The translations under genes and the position numbers were made by a program. This document shows, in pieces, positions 1 to 8,800 of a DNA stretch of 64,000 nucleotides. The stretch is from Anaerolineae bacterium. Its GTDB lineage: Bacteria > Chloroflexota > Anaerolineae > B4-G1 > SLSP01. Within the stretch, counting starts at the first letter, position 1. Every line of letters begins with the position of its first letter. Location: positions 46,012-110,011 of the forward strand of contig DAOPQD010000001.1 in the NCBI GenBank assembly GCA_035347995.1, in the 5' to 3' direction. Under the pieces are notes generated by a model that was not told the origin of the DNA, made no database searches, and saw only the letters and a list, made by a program, of their open reading frames with translations.

Positions 1-980
1 CGGTCACCTTGATTTCTGAGCGTCTGGGCTATCCGGGAGTGGCGCTCTTTTTGCAAGAGGAAGCTGGCGCGGAGGACGACCCACAATCCCGTCACGGGTT
101 GCTGTTGCGCGCGGCTGCGGGCGAGCGTGCGGCGGAGCACCTGCAGGCCGGCTTGCGATTGCCGCTAGAGGGAGGAAGTCCAGCCGCGCGCAGCCTCGCA
201 CTGCGTGGGGCCCAGCTGTCGGAGGAGGTCAGTCTTCCTTTGCTGACGGCGCCGGAGGGGAATGGGCATGTGACTGAGATCGCCTTGCCGCTGCTGCGGG
301 GCGAAAAGGCCCTGGGCGCGTTGTGTATCCATACCCTCGCCGCTGAGGGCTTCAGTGCGGACGACGTGGCGATGTTGCAGACGCTGGCTGACCAGCTGGC
401 CAATGCGCTGGAGATCGCGCGCTTGCTGGCGGAAGCGGATCGTAATGTGCGCCAGCTCGAGGCGGCCATTGGAACGTACACGGTGGACTCCTGGCGGGAG
501 TACCTCACCCGCACCCGGCGCCTGCGGGCGTATCGCTACGACGGCGTGGACCTGGAAATGATGACCGAACGCACTCCTGAAGCGCAACAGGCCTGGCGTG
601 AGGGGCGCGCTGTGGTGTATCGGCAGCCGTCTTCCGATGGGACGGAAACTGAGGGAGAGGTCACGACCCTGGCCTTGCCCATCCGTGTGCGCGAGCAGGT
701 CATCGGCGTGCTCCACATTCGCTCACGGGGGGAGCAGCTGGCTGCGGATACGCTGCCCCTCCTTGAAGAAATCGGCTCACGGTTGGGGCAGGCGCTCGAG
801 GTGGCCCGCTTGTTGGAAGACACCCGGGCGCGGGCGGCGCGCGAACAACTGGCCGGCGCCATCTCTGGACGGGTGCGTGCTGAAATGGAAGTGGAATCGC
901 TGTTGGAACGGGCCTTGCGTGAGCTCAGCCAGGCGCTCGGCGTGCGCCGGGCGGCCGTGGAATTGGAAGTGAAGGAGTAG
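1..980 (+). CDS. GAF domain-containing sensor protein, C-terminal part (5' partial; gene begins upstream of the window)
   Basis: The reading frame is open from base 3 with no upstream stop; the track ORF 9..980 starts at a TTG. It contains GAF-like modules and the conserved C-terminal cap motif ...LLEDTRARAAREQLAGAISGRVRAEMEVESLLERALRELSQALGVRRAAVELEVKE shared with the following paralogs. An RBS for the next gene (GAAGGAG) lies at its 3' end. Confidence 0.6.
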   Translation, partial: VTLISERLGYPGVALFLQEEAGAEDDPQSRHGLLLRAAAGERAAEHLQAGLRLPLEGGSPAARSLALRGAQLSEEVSLPLLTAPEGNGHVTEIALPLLRGEKALGALCIHTLAAEGFSADDVAMLQTLADQLANALEIARLLAEADRNVRQLEAAIGTYTVDSWREYLTRTRRLRAYRYDGVDLEMMTERTPEAQQAWREGRAVVYRQPSSDGTETEGEVTTLALPIRVREQVIGVLHIRSRGEQLAADTLPLLEEIGSRLGQALEVARLLEDTRARAAREQLAGAISGRVRAEMEVESLLERALRELSQALGVRRAAVELEVKE

Positions 981-983
981 GCC

Positions 984-2732
984 ATGGCGACGAATGGCGT
1001 GATGAGGGAGCCCTCAGATCGGGAAATGCAGCTCCCCCGGCGGAAGAAGACGGATCCCCAACCTGCGCTGGCGCGGTGGCTCCGTGTCTGGGATGCCAAC
1101 GGCGACGAGGTGCGCATGGCGACGCTCCTCAACCTCGCGTTGCTGATGGGCGGCATTGCCTCGATCGGGGTGCCGGCGTTCTTCGCGGGGATGCGCGCTC
1201 TGACGTCGCCGCTGCTTGTTTTGGGCGGGGTGAGCCTGGTGGGGCATGGCCTGGGGCTGTTCTTCAACAAACGGGGCGCTTATCATCCTGTCGCTGCGAC
1301 CTATGTGCCCTTCGTCTTCGTGTTGGTGGCGCTGGCGATTCTCACCGGGGGGGGATCGCGTTCCAGCCTGTGGGTATTTTTCGTGTGGCCGATGGTGATT
1401 GCTACGAGTTTCCTCTCCCGCACGGCGGCGCGCGGCCTGTTTCTGGGGACCGTACTGTTGGGGGTGGGGATCCTCGTGGCGGAGGAGACCGGCGTTTATG
1501 TGCCACCCGGGGAAGCGGCTGTCGAGGCCCGGCGTGTTATTCCTCTGTTTGTGGTGCTGCTGTTGGGCATGTGTATGCCGTTGTTGGGAGACGTTTTGGG
1601 CTATCTCTCGGCGATGCGAGCCGAATTTGAAAAGGCTGTGATGACCCTGCAGCATCACCGGGCGTCGTTGGAACTGCAGGCGCGCGAGCGTACCGCTGAG
1701 GCGGAATACTTCTCCCGCAATCTGATGATGTTGGAGGAACTTGATGCTATCATCGCTCTGGCGACCGATCTGGGGGAGCTGCTGGACCGGACGGTGCATT
1801 TGCTCTCCGAGACTTTCAATGCCTATGAGGTGATGGTGTTCCTGGCGGATGAGAGCGGCAAGCGCCTGGTGTTGGAGGCATCGGTGCGGGGATTGTCCCC
1901 TGACATTCAGCTGCGTCTGGGCGAGGAAGGGATTGTCGGCTATGCCACGGCCATCGGACGCCCTTATGTGGCGACCGACGTGCGCGCCGATCCTTACTAC
2001 AAGCCATTCCCCGAGCTGGCGGCTTCGGCCTCGGCGGCGGCTTTGCCCATCATCTTGCAGGGGGAGGTGCTGGGCGTGGTGGCTTTGGAGAGCACGGCGC
2101 CCGACGCGTTCTCCGAAATGGTCATGGAAGTGCTCTCGGCGGTGACCAACGTCGTGGGTGTGGCCATTCTCAATGTTCGTCATCTGGAGCAGTCCCGCCG
2201 TCTGCAGGAACGGCTCTCGCGGTACGAACAGGAAGAGTTCCTGGGGCAATGGCGGCAGCTCTTCGCGCGGCGGCAGGGGCACATCGGCTTGTTGTATGAC
2301 CTGGTGCAGGTACGGCCGGTCGTGCCGGAGGAGGGTGAGGCACTTTTTGGCGGCCTCCAACCCGTGCAGATTGAGGCCCAGGATCGCCCGGACGGCGGGC
2401 ACGTCTTGCTCGTGCCTCTCAATGTGGGTGAGCGCACGTTGGGGCGGATGGCATTCGAATCCGACCGCCCCTGGCGTGAGGATGAGCGCGCTTTGGTGGA
2501 AGCGGTCACCAGTCAGCTCGGCCTGGCGTTGGAGAACGCCCGGCTGCTGGAGGCGACCCGGCGCAGCGCTCTATTGGAACAGACTGCCGGCGAATTGACC
2601 TCGCGTTTCCGCCAGCAGGTGGAAATCGAGGCCGTCTTGCAGCAGGCGCTGGCAGACCTGGCGCAGGCGTTAGGCTCGGAACGCGCTGCCGTGCGGCTGA
2701 TGTTGGAAGAGGAAAGGGAGGGCCAGGCCTGA
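984..2732 (+). CDS. Membrane-anchored GAF sensor protein with no output domain (multi-TM N-terminal domain plus two GAF modules)
   Basis: ATG at 984 is preceded by GAAGGAG. Residues ~35-200 are strongly hydrophobic with 5-6 predicted TM helices. Two GAF-like modules follow (for example GIVGYATAIGRPYVATDVRADPYY ... ALPIILQGEVLGVVALES) and the conserved C-terminal cap. The stop overlaps the next ATG (TGATG at 2730-2734). Confidence 0.7.
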   Translation: MATNGVMREPSDREMQLPRRKKTDPQPALARWLRVWDANGDEVRMATLLNLALLMGGIASIGVPAFFAGMRALTSPLLVLGGVSLVGHGLGLFFNKRGAYHPVAATYVPFVFVLVALAILTGGGSRSSLWVFFVWPMVIATSFLSRTAARGLFLGTVLLGVGILVAEETGVYVPPGEAAVEARRVIPLFVVLLLGMCMPLLGDVLGYLSAMRAEFEKAVMTLQHHRASLELQARERTAEAEYFSRNLMMLEELDAIIALATDLGELLDRTVHLLSETFNAYEVMVFLADESGKRLVLEASVRGLSPDIQLRLGEEGIVGYATAIGRPYVATDVRADPYYKPFPELAASASAAALPIILQGEVLGVVALESTAPDAFSEMVMEVLSAVTNVVGVAILNVRHLEQSRRLQERLSRYEQEEFLGQWRQLFARRQGHIGLLYDLVQVRPVVPEEGEALFGGLQPVQIEAQDRPDGGHVLLVPLNVGERTLGRMAFESDRPWREDERALVEAVTSQLGLALENARLLEATRRSALLEQTAGELTSRFRQQVEIEAVLQQALADLAQALGSERAAVRLMLEEEREGQA

Positions 2733-4492
2733 TGGAAACTCAAACCGCGCCTGCAGCGGCCTCTTTGAACTGGTGGGAACGGCTGATACGGGTGGCGTCC
2801 CCTGATCCTGAAATAGAACGTCAGGGGCGGGTTTTCAATATTTTGATGTTGGTCAGCACGGGATTGGTGTTGTACCTCGCCACTTCTTTTCTCGCGAGCT
2901 ACCTGTTAGGGTATCTGGACGTGACGACGGCGGCCATTGCAGCGGCGTTTCCGCTGGCGTTTGTGCCTGTCTCTCTAGGCTGCATCGCGGTAGTCAAGCG
3001 CGGCCATCTGCGGCAGGCGGTTCCTGCATATGTCTGGATCAATTTTGTGGGGATCGGGGCCGCGGTGTATGTGTTTGACGGCCCGGTGTCTGCCGCGTGG
3101 GTGTTGTTCATCTGGACGGTCACCGTCGCGGGCATTTTGATTGCCCCCCGCTACGCGCTGCTGATGACGGGGCTGGTTGTCGGCTGCTATGGGTTGTTGC
3201 TGGGGGCCTCGCGGCTGGGGCTCTATACCCCACCTATCTTGTTGCCGCCGCAAGGCAGGACTTTTTTGACCTTTGCGTTCATCCTCGGGGTGCTGGTCAC
3301 CACGGGGGGACTGCTCACGTATCTGAACATGCGCAGCCTGAATGCCGCCTTCAGCAATGTGACCGCGATGAAACAGCAGTTGGAGCTCTCGCAGCAGCAA
3401 TTGGAGCAGCGCGTCGCCGACCGCACGGAGGCATTGCAGCGCCGGACGGCGCAGTTCGGGGCCATCGTCGCGGTAGGACAGGGAATCGCGGGGCTCACGG
3501 ATTTGGGCGCGCTCTTGCAGACGGCAGCTGACTTGATCTGCCAGCATTTCGCTATCACGCATGTGGGCATTTATCTGGTAGATGATGTCCGCGCCTCGCT
3601 GCGTTTGCGGGCGGCGGCGGGTGGAGTGGGATCGCAGCGCTTCGCGGAGCGCGCCAATCTGCTCCTGGCCGAACACGGTATGGTGCAGAGCGTCGTGAAC
3701 ACCGGGCGCCTGCGGCTGGCCACGACGCCCATGGAACTGGCGCGTTGGGCGGGGCCGCCAGAATGGCCCGTCATTCAGGCCGAGCTGGCTTTGCCTCTGG
3801 TGAGCGGCGGCGCGGTGATAGGGGTCCTGGACCTCCTGAGTGTTGAGGTGGGGACATTCGACCAGGAAGCTCGTGAGGCCTTGACTTTGATGGCGAACAA
3901 CCTGACGAGCACCCTTGAAAATACACGCCTGCTGGCCGATATGCGGGAATCGTTGAGCCGTTTGGAAAAGTACCAGGAGGAAGATGTGGTGCGCGGTTGG
4001 CGAACGGCGCTGGCGCGGCGAAACCGCCGGGTGGATTATGCCTATGATCGCCTGATGATCCAACCCGGTCTCTCCGAAGAGCTGGAGCAGCTGGTGGAAA
4101 ATTATGCGCCTGCAGGCGTGGAGACGCTCGAATACGGCGGAGCCTATTGGCTGATGGCGCCGCTGCGGGTGCAACAACGCTTGTTGGGTACCCTGGCCTT
4201 CGAATCGCCGCGCCCCTGGACTGAGGATCAACAGCGTCTGGCGACGACGGTGGTGGACCAATTGGGGCTGGCGCTTGAAAACGCCCGGCTGCTGGAGGAC
4301 ACCCGGCTCAGCGCCCAACGTGAGCGCGCCCGGGGTGAGATTGTGGGACGGGTGCGCGGCTCGGTGCAGATAGATGCCGTCTTGCGCAGCGCCGTGGAAG
4401 AGCTGGGACGCGCGCTCCAGGTGGATCGCGCCCGGATTCAGCTGCTGCCGCCTTCTGGCTCCGGCAGGGCCAATCCCAAGGTTGGGGGATGA
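2732..4492 (+). CDS. Membrane-anchored GAF sensor protein, paralog of the upstream gene (multi-TM N-terminus plus GAF modules)
   Basis: Same architecture as 984..2732: hydrophobic N-terminal ~200 aa, GAF module (HVGIYLVDDVRASLRLRAAAGG...ELALPLVSGGAVIGVLDL), and the conserved C-terminal cap (IDAVLRSAVEELGRALQVDRARIQL). It is translationally coupled to both neighbours. Confidence 0.7.
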   Translation: METQTAPAAASLNWWERLIRVASPDPEIERQGRVFNILMLVSTGLVLYLATSFLASYLLGYLDVTTAAIAAAFPLAFVPVSLGCIAVVKRGHLRQAVPAYVWINFVGIGAAVYVFDGPVSAAWVLFIWTVTVAGILIAPRYALLMTGLVVGCYGLLLGASRLGLYTPPILLPPQGRTFLTFAFILGVLVTTGGLLTYLNMRSLNAAFSNVTAMKQQLELSQQQLEQRVADRTEALQRRTAQFGAIVAVGQGIAGLTDLGALLQTAADLICQHFAITHVGIYLVDDVRASLRLRAAAGGVGSQRFAERANLLLAEHGMVQSVVNTGRLRLATTPMELARWAGPPEWPVIQAELALPLVSGGAVIGVLDLLSVEVGTFDQEAREALTLMANNLTSTLENTRLLADMRESLSRLEKYQEEDVVRGWRTALARRNRRVDYAYDRLMIQPGLSEELEQLVENYAPAGVETLEYGGAYWLMAPLRVQQRLLGTLAFESPRPWTEDQQRLATTVVDQLGLALENARLLEDTRLSAQRERARGEIVGRVRGSVQIDAVLRSAVEELGRALQVDRARIQLLPPSGSGRANPKVGG

Positions 4493-4493
4493 C

Positions 4494-5588
4494 ATGAGGC
4501 CGCTACGGAAATCGCGGAAAGGGTGGGCGGTGTTGGGCTTTTGCCTCTCGCTGGCGTTGCTGGCTTCGGCCTGTGCGCGAACGCCGGCCCCGACCGCGTC
4601 GCTTGCTCCCGTTGCTTTGACGCCGGCGCCGTCGGCCTCGCTGCGGCTGTTTCTCATTTATGGCGGAGACGTATCGGAGACCTGGGGCGGGCAGGTGCGG
4701 ATTGGCCTGGTTGAAACCCTGGTCAGGGAAGGAGAATATCGGCTGGGGGAGACCCTGGTGTTGGGTGAATATCGGCTGCCCCTCGATGTCGGAACACTGG
4801 TCGCGCCGGGCACGACGGCGATCGCGGAGGCCATCGCCCAGAGCCAGGCGTTTGCCCCTGATATTCTCATCACGGTGGGCAATCAGGCGACCCGACAGGT
4901 GATTTCGGCTTACCCCGATCCCCATCAGCGGATCGTGTTTTGCAGTTTCAGCGGCAACGTCATCGCCAGCGGCTTGAACCGTCCCAACGTGACGGGCGTT
5001 TTGGAGCTGCCCTACCCGATCCAGACGGGGCGCCTGGCGGTGAGCATGCTCGAAAATCCCGCGAAATTTATGGTTCTCGGGGACGTTTCCTCAACCGATA
5101 ACGTGGCGACGGAGGCCATCTTCGAGGCCCTGCTCAAGGATCCGCCGCACCCGGCCACACCCGTCTGGCGTCAGACGGATGATTGGGAGGAATGGCAGAC
5201 GTTCGTGCAGGAAGCCGCGACGCTGGATTTCGTGATTTTGGGCAAATACGATCACGTGCACGACGCTGCTGGCGCGCCGGTGCTGCCTGACGAAGTCCTG
5301 CGCTGGACGCTCCTGAATTCCGAGGCGCCGGTGTTTGGCCTGTGGCAGGAGACGGTCACGCAAGGCGCTGTGGGCGGCCTGGTTCTGTCGGGCGAGGAGC
5401 AGGGCAAATCCGCGGCCCGGCTGGCGCTCAGGATTGTGGGTGGGACGGATCCGGCGGCGCTGTTGCCACAGCGTCCTGAGCGCAACATCCTGACGCTCAA
5501 CCTGGCTGCAGCGCGACATTGGGGGTTGCTGGCGCCTTTTGAGCTGTTGGTCACCGCCAGTGTTGGCGGCACTTTCCCGGTGCCGTGA
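4494..5588 (+). CDS. Periplasmic substrate-binding lipoprotein, ABC_sub_bind family (PF04392-like)
   Basis: ATG at 4494 is preceded by GGGGGA and lies 2 nt after the upstream stop. A signal peptide with lipobox (LALLASAC) is present. The core ILITVGNQATRQVISAYPDPHQRIVFCSFSGNVIASGLNRPNVTGVLEL matches the PF04392 pattern (Dlil..gT..a......P.vF....dP.....n.TGv). The track ORF 4374..5588 includes an in-gene upstream ATG, which I rejected. Confidence 0.7.
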   Translation: MRPLRKSRKGWAVLGFCLSLALLASACARTPAPTASLAPVALTPAPSASLRLFLIYGGDVSETWGGQVRIGLVETLVREGEYRLGETLVLGEYRLPLDVGTLVAPGTTAIAEAIAQSQAFAPDILITVGNQATRQVISAYPDPHQRIVFCSFSGNVIASGLNRPNVTGVLELPYPIQTGRLAVSMLENPAKFMVLGDVSSTDNVATEAIFEALLKDPPHPATPVWRQTDDWEEWQTFVQEAATLDFVILGKYDHVHDAAGAPVLPDEVLRWTLLNSEAPVFGLWQETVTQGAVGGLVLSGEEQGKSAARLALRIVGGTDPAALLPQRPERNILTLNLAAARHWGLLAPFELLVTASVGGTFPVP

Positions 5589-5752
5589 GCCGTTGGCATT
5601 GTCGCGGGGAAGCTGCTGGCGGAGTTGGGTGAAGGGAAACAAGGGCGCAATAAAAGTTACCAGTGCGGAACCGGAGCGTTTCCAATTGGGAACCGCATCG
5701 TTTCCCACCTGGCAGAGAGTTTTACATGCCTGGTAAAGAATTTTGCAAGCAT

Positions 5753-5814
5753 GAGAACGTAGACGTGCGAACGTGCGAACGTAAGATCCGCTGACTTGCT
5801 GATTCGCTTATTTT
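5753..5814. repeat. Promoter-proximal 8-bp-period tandem repeats upstream of the HAMP-GAF sensor gene (GAACGTGC type followed by GATTCGCT type)
   Basis: gagaacgt|agacgtgc|gaacgtgc|gaacgtaa followed by ctgacttg|ctgattcg|cttatttt, ending 2 nt before the RBS GGGGAG. Confidence 0.65.
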
Positions 5815-5829
5815 CAGGGGAGATTGAGC

Positions 5830-8800
5830 ATGCACAGAAAAGGCTTGAGCCTGCGTTGGCAGATGGTGCTCATCATCGTCGTGTTGCCCTTGCTGCTATT
5901 GACGCCGTTGCTGTTTTTCGCGGGTGCGCAATTCCGCAGCGAGTATCGGGAGGCGCGCTTGGGAAAAGGGCACATGATCACGCAGCAGGTACGTCAGCAC
6001 GTGGATGTAGTCGCGCCGTTCATTGCTTCGGTGCGTGATGTGCCGGGCCTGGAGCGTTACCTGCGCGATAGTATTGCCGGTCAGCCGGAGCTGGCTTTCG
6101 CGGCCCTGGTACGCGGCGATGGCATCATCGTGCTGCATTCGACGTCGGGTATGGCGGGGCAGGTCCTGATGGATCTGAACGTCCCGGATGTGCAAGTTCT
6201 CCAGACGCGCGTGCCGCAGTACGGTAACCTGCATCTCGTGGTCCGCCGCATGACTCGTCCCGACATCTCCGGGCAACGCTTGTACGCCGTGGTGGGGGCT
6301 TATAGCCCGATCGTCGATCCCCCCTGGTTGCCCTGGTTGCCGGTGGGCGGTGTGCTGATTTTGGCGCTGTTGTTACTGGTGCTGTTGCAGGTCTTCATGC
6401 GGCGCGCGGTGCTCAAACCCTTGGAGCAGCTCGCTGAGGGCGCTGCGATCGTGGGGGCGGGCGACCTTTCCTATGAAATTGGCATCCGCCGCGGCGATGA
6501 GATCGGCTTCCTGGCGCAATCGTTCAACGCCATGAGCGGTCGGTTGCGGGAGCTGGTGACGACGCTCGAGCAGCAAGTCGAAACGCGCACGGCAGACCTC
6601 GCGCGCCGTAATCAACAGCTTCAGGCGGTCTCTCTGGTCGCCCGGGAGGCGGTGACCATTCAGGACTTGCCCACGCTGTTGGAGACCACGGTCAACGCGA
6701 TTTCCCGACACTTCGGGTATTATCACGCCGGCATCTTTTGGGTAGATCAGCCGCGGGAATGGGCCGTGCTGCGCGCTGCTTCTTCAGAGGGCGGACAGCG
6801 CATGTTGGCGCGGGGACACCGTCTGCGGGTAGGACAGCAGGGCCTCGTGGGGAGCGTGGCGGCGACAGGGCAACCGCGCATCGCCCTGGATGTGGGGGAG
6901 GACGCCGTTTGGTTCGACAACCCCGACCTGCCCGAGACCCGCTCGGAGATGGCGTTGCCGCTGGTGGACACCGAGCAGCACGTTGTGGGCGTGTTGGACG
7001 TGCAGAGTTCTCAGGTGAGCGCTTTCTCTCCCGCCGACATTGAGGTCTTACAGCTGCTGGCAGATCAAGTCTCGGTGGGGCTGCGCAATGCGCTGCTCAT
7101 CGAACAGACGCAGAGCACGCTGGCCGAGCTCCAGGCCATTCAGCAGGACTACCGGCGGGAAGGCTGGGCGCGCGTGCTGAGTCGGCTCCAGGTGCAGGCG
7201 TATGAATACGATGGCGTGTTGGTCGAGCCGGTGTTGCCCTTGCCGGTGCCGGTGGAGCGCCTGACCGAAAGTAACACCCCCCTGGCCACTGGCGAGGCCG
7301 CGACGGTGATGACGCCGATGCAATACCGGGATCAGACCATCGGCATGTTGACGCTGTCGGATCCGGGGCGCGTGTGGACGGAAGAGGAATTCGCGTTGAT
7401 TCGCAGTGTGACGGATCAGGTCGCTTCGGCGCTGGAGACGGCGCGCCTCTTCGAGGAGACGCAGCGCACGGCGCGGCAGCAGGCGTTGCTCAACGCGGTC
7501 TTGCAGACAGCGGCCATGACCCTCGACCCCGATCAGGCGCTTGAGGAGATCGCGACGATTCTGGCGCGGGGTTTGGCGATGGCAGTGGGAGTCTTTATCT
7601 TCCCGCGCCGCGCCGCGACGGCGGAAGGCGGCGTGCCGCTGCCTCAAGAAGTGCGCTTGCAGGCCTTCGTGCTGCCCGAAGGTGAGAAGGCGCTCGACGC
7701 CGGGGCCTTCTATATGCTGCCCGCTGATTTGCAGATTTTCTTCCATGGGTTGATGGAGCCAGAACTGGGGAAACTGCTGCCGCTAGGACAGGTGCCATCG
7801 TTGGCCGGGAGTTACGACCTCGAGCGTGTGCTGTATGTGCCCATCCGCACGGCGACAGCGCAGGCGGGTTTCCTGGCGCTGGTGCGCCGGCAACAGGACG
7901 TGTTGCTTGACCCGGACACCCGCGCCCTGGCGCGCAACCTCGCCGGCCAGGTCGCCGTGGTCCTGGAAAACCTGCACCTCATGGAAGAGACACAGCGCCG
8001 TTCCGCCGAATTGCAGCTGCTGTATGAGGCCTCGCTGCGCTTTGGTCAGGTGCGGGATCCCGAAGCGACGGAAAGACTGGTCGTGGAAGAGGCGCAGGAG
8101 CTGCTCGTAGCGGCTGGGGCCGCCTTCTGGCGTTACGACGAGGCTCACGAGACCCTCCAGTGCGTGTGCGCGCAAGGGACGCTCACGTCCTATCAGGGGC
8201 TCGGGGTGCAACCGGGGCAGGGGCTGCCGGGCACGGCCTGGAGCGAGCGTCGGGTCATTCAGACCGGGGATTACATGACCTGGGAGCAGCTCGGTGCGGG
8301 GGAACTTTCGACCGTGGGGCCGGCGTTGGGCATCCCCTTGCTGGCAGCGCGCGGCGTGATTGGTGTGCTGTTGGTCACCCGTCCTCGCGGCGGGATGCCT
8401 TTCGACGCGGTAGTGAGCCGGCTGGCGGAACTCTTCGCCGCACAGGCGACGGTGGCTTTGGAAAACGCGCGTCTGTACCAGGAAAGCGCCCGGCGCGCGC
8501 GCGACCTGCAGCAGCTGTACGAGGCTGGCCTCGACATGATCGGGATGCGCGAGGTAGAGGCGGTGCTCACGCGGGGCGCGGAGTGGGCCTTGCGCCTCCT
8601 GGGCGTGCAGCGGACCCGCGCTTTCTTCTGGGCGCGTGGCAACGCCACTCCTTTCTCCGGTCATGCCGGGGCATCGCCCGCCTATGTGACTCCCGAAACG
8701 CTAGCCCCGCCTCGGGTCGCGGGTGTGACGGCCCGCGTGTTGCACGAGGGACAGCCGGTGATCGTCAATCGCTTGATTTCTGGGGACGAGATTGCGCCGG

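Noticed and set aside
1014-2402. Long antisense ORFs overlapping annotated genes. Examples are 1014..2402 -, 2975..4657 -, 7783..8664 -, 8701..9990 -, 12912..13991 -, 20962..22881 +, 34528..35646 +, 55147..56682 + and 56859..59591 +.
   Set aside because: These are typical high-GC artefacts with a low stop-codon frequency on the opposite strand. Their translations are Arg/Pro/Gly-rich low-complexity sequences with no domain-like motifs. The overlapping sense-strand genes have clear homology motifs and RBSs.
5753-5814. The octamer tandem repeats interpreted as a degenerate CRISPR array.
   Set aside because: The units are only 8 bp with no spacers of constant length, the arrays are at most 50 nt long, and there are no cas genes.
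5824-5832. The TTG start at 5824 reported by the track for the HAMP-GAF gene.
   Set aside because: An ATG two codons downstream (5830) has better RBS spacing (GGGGAG-N8-ATG). Both remain possible, and the difference is 2 aa.
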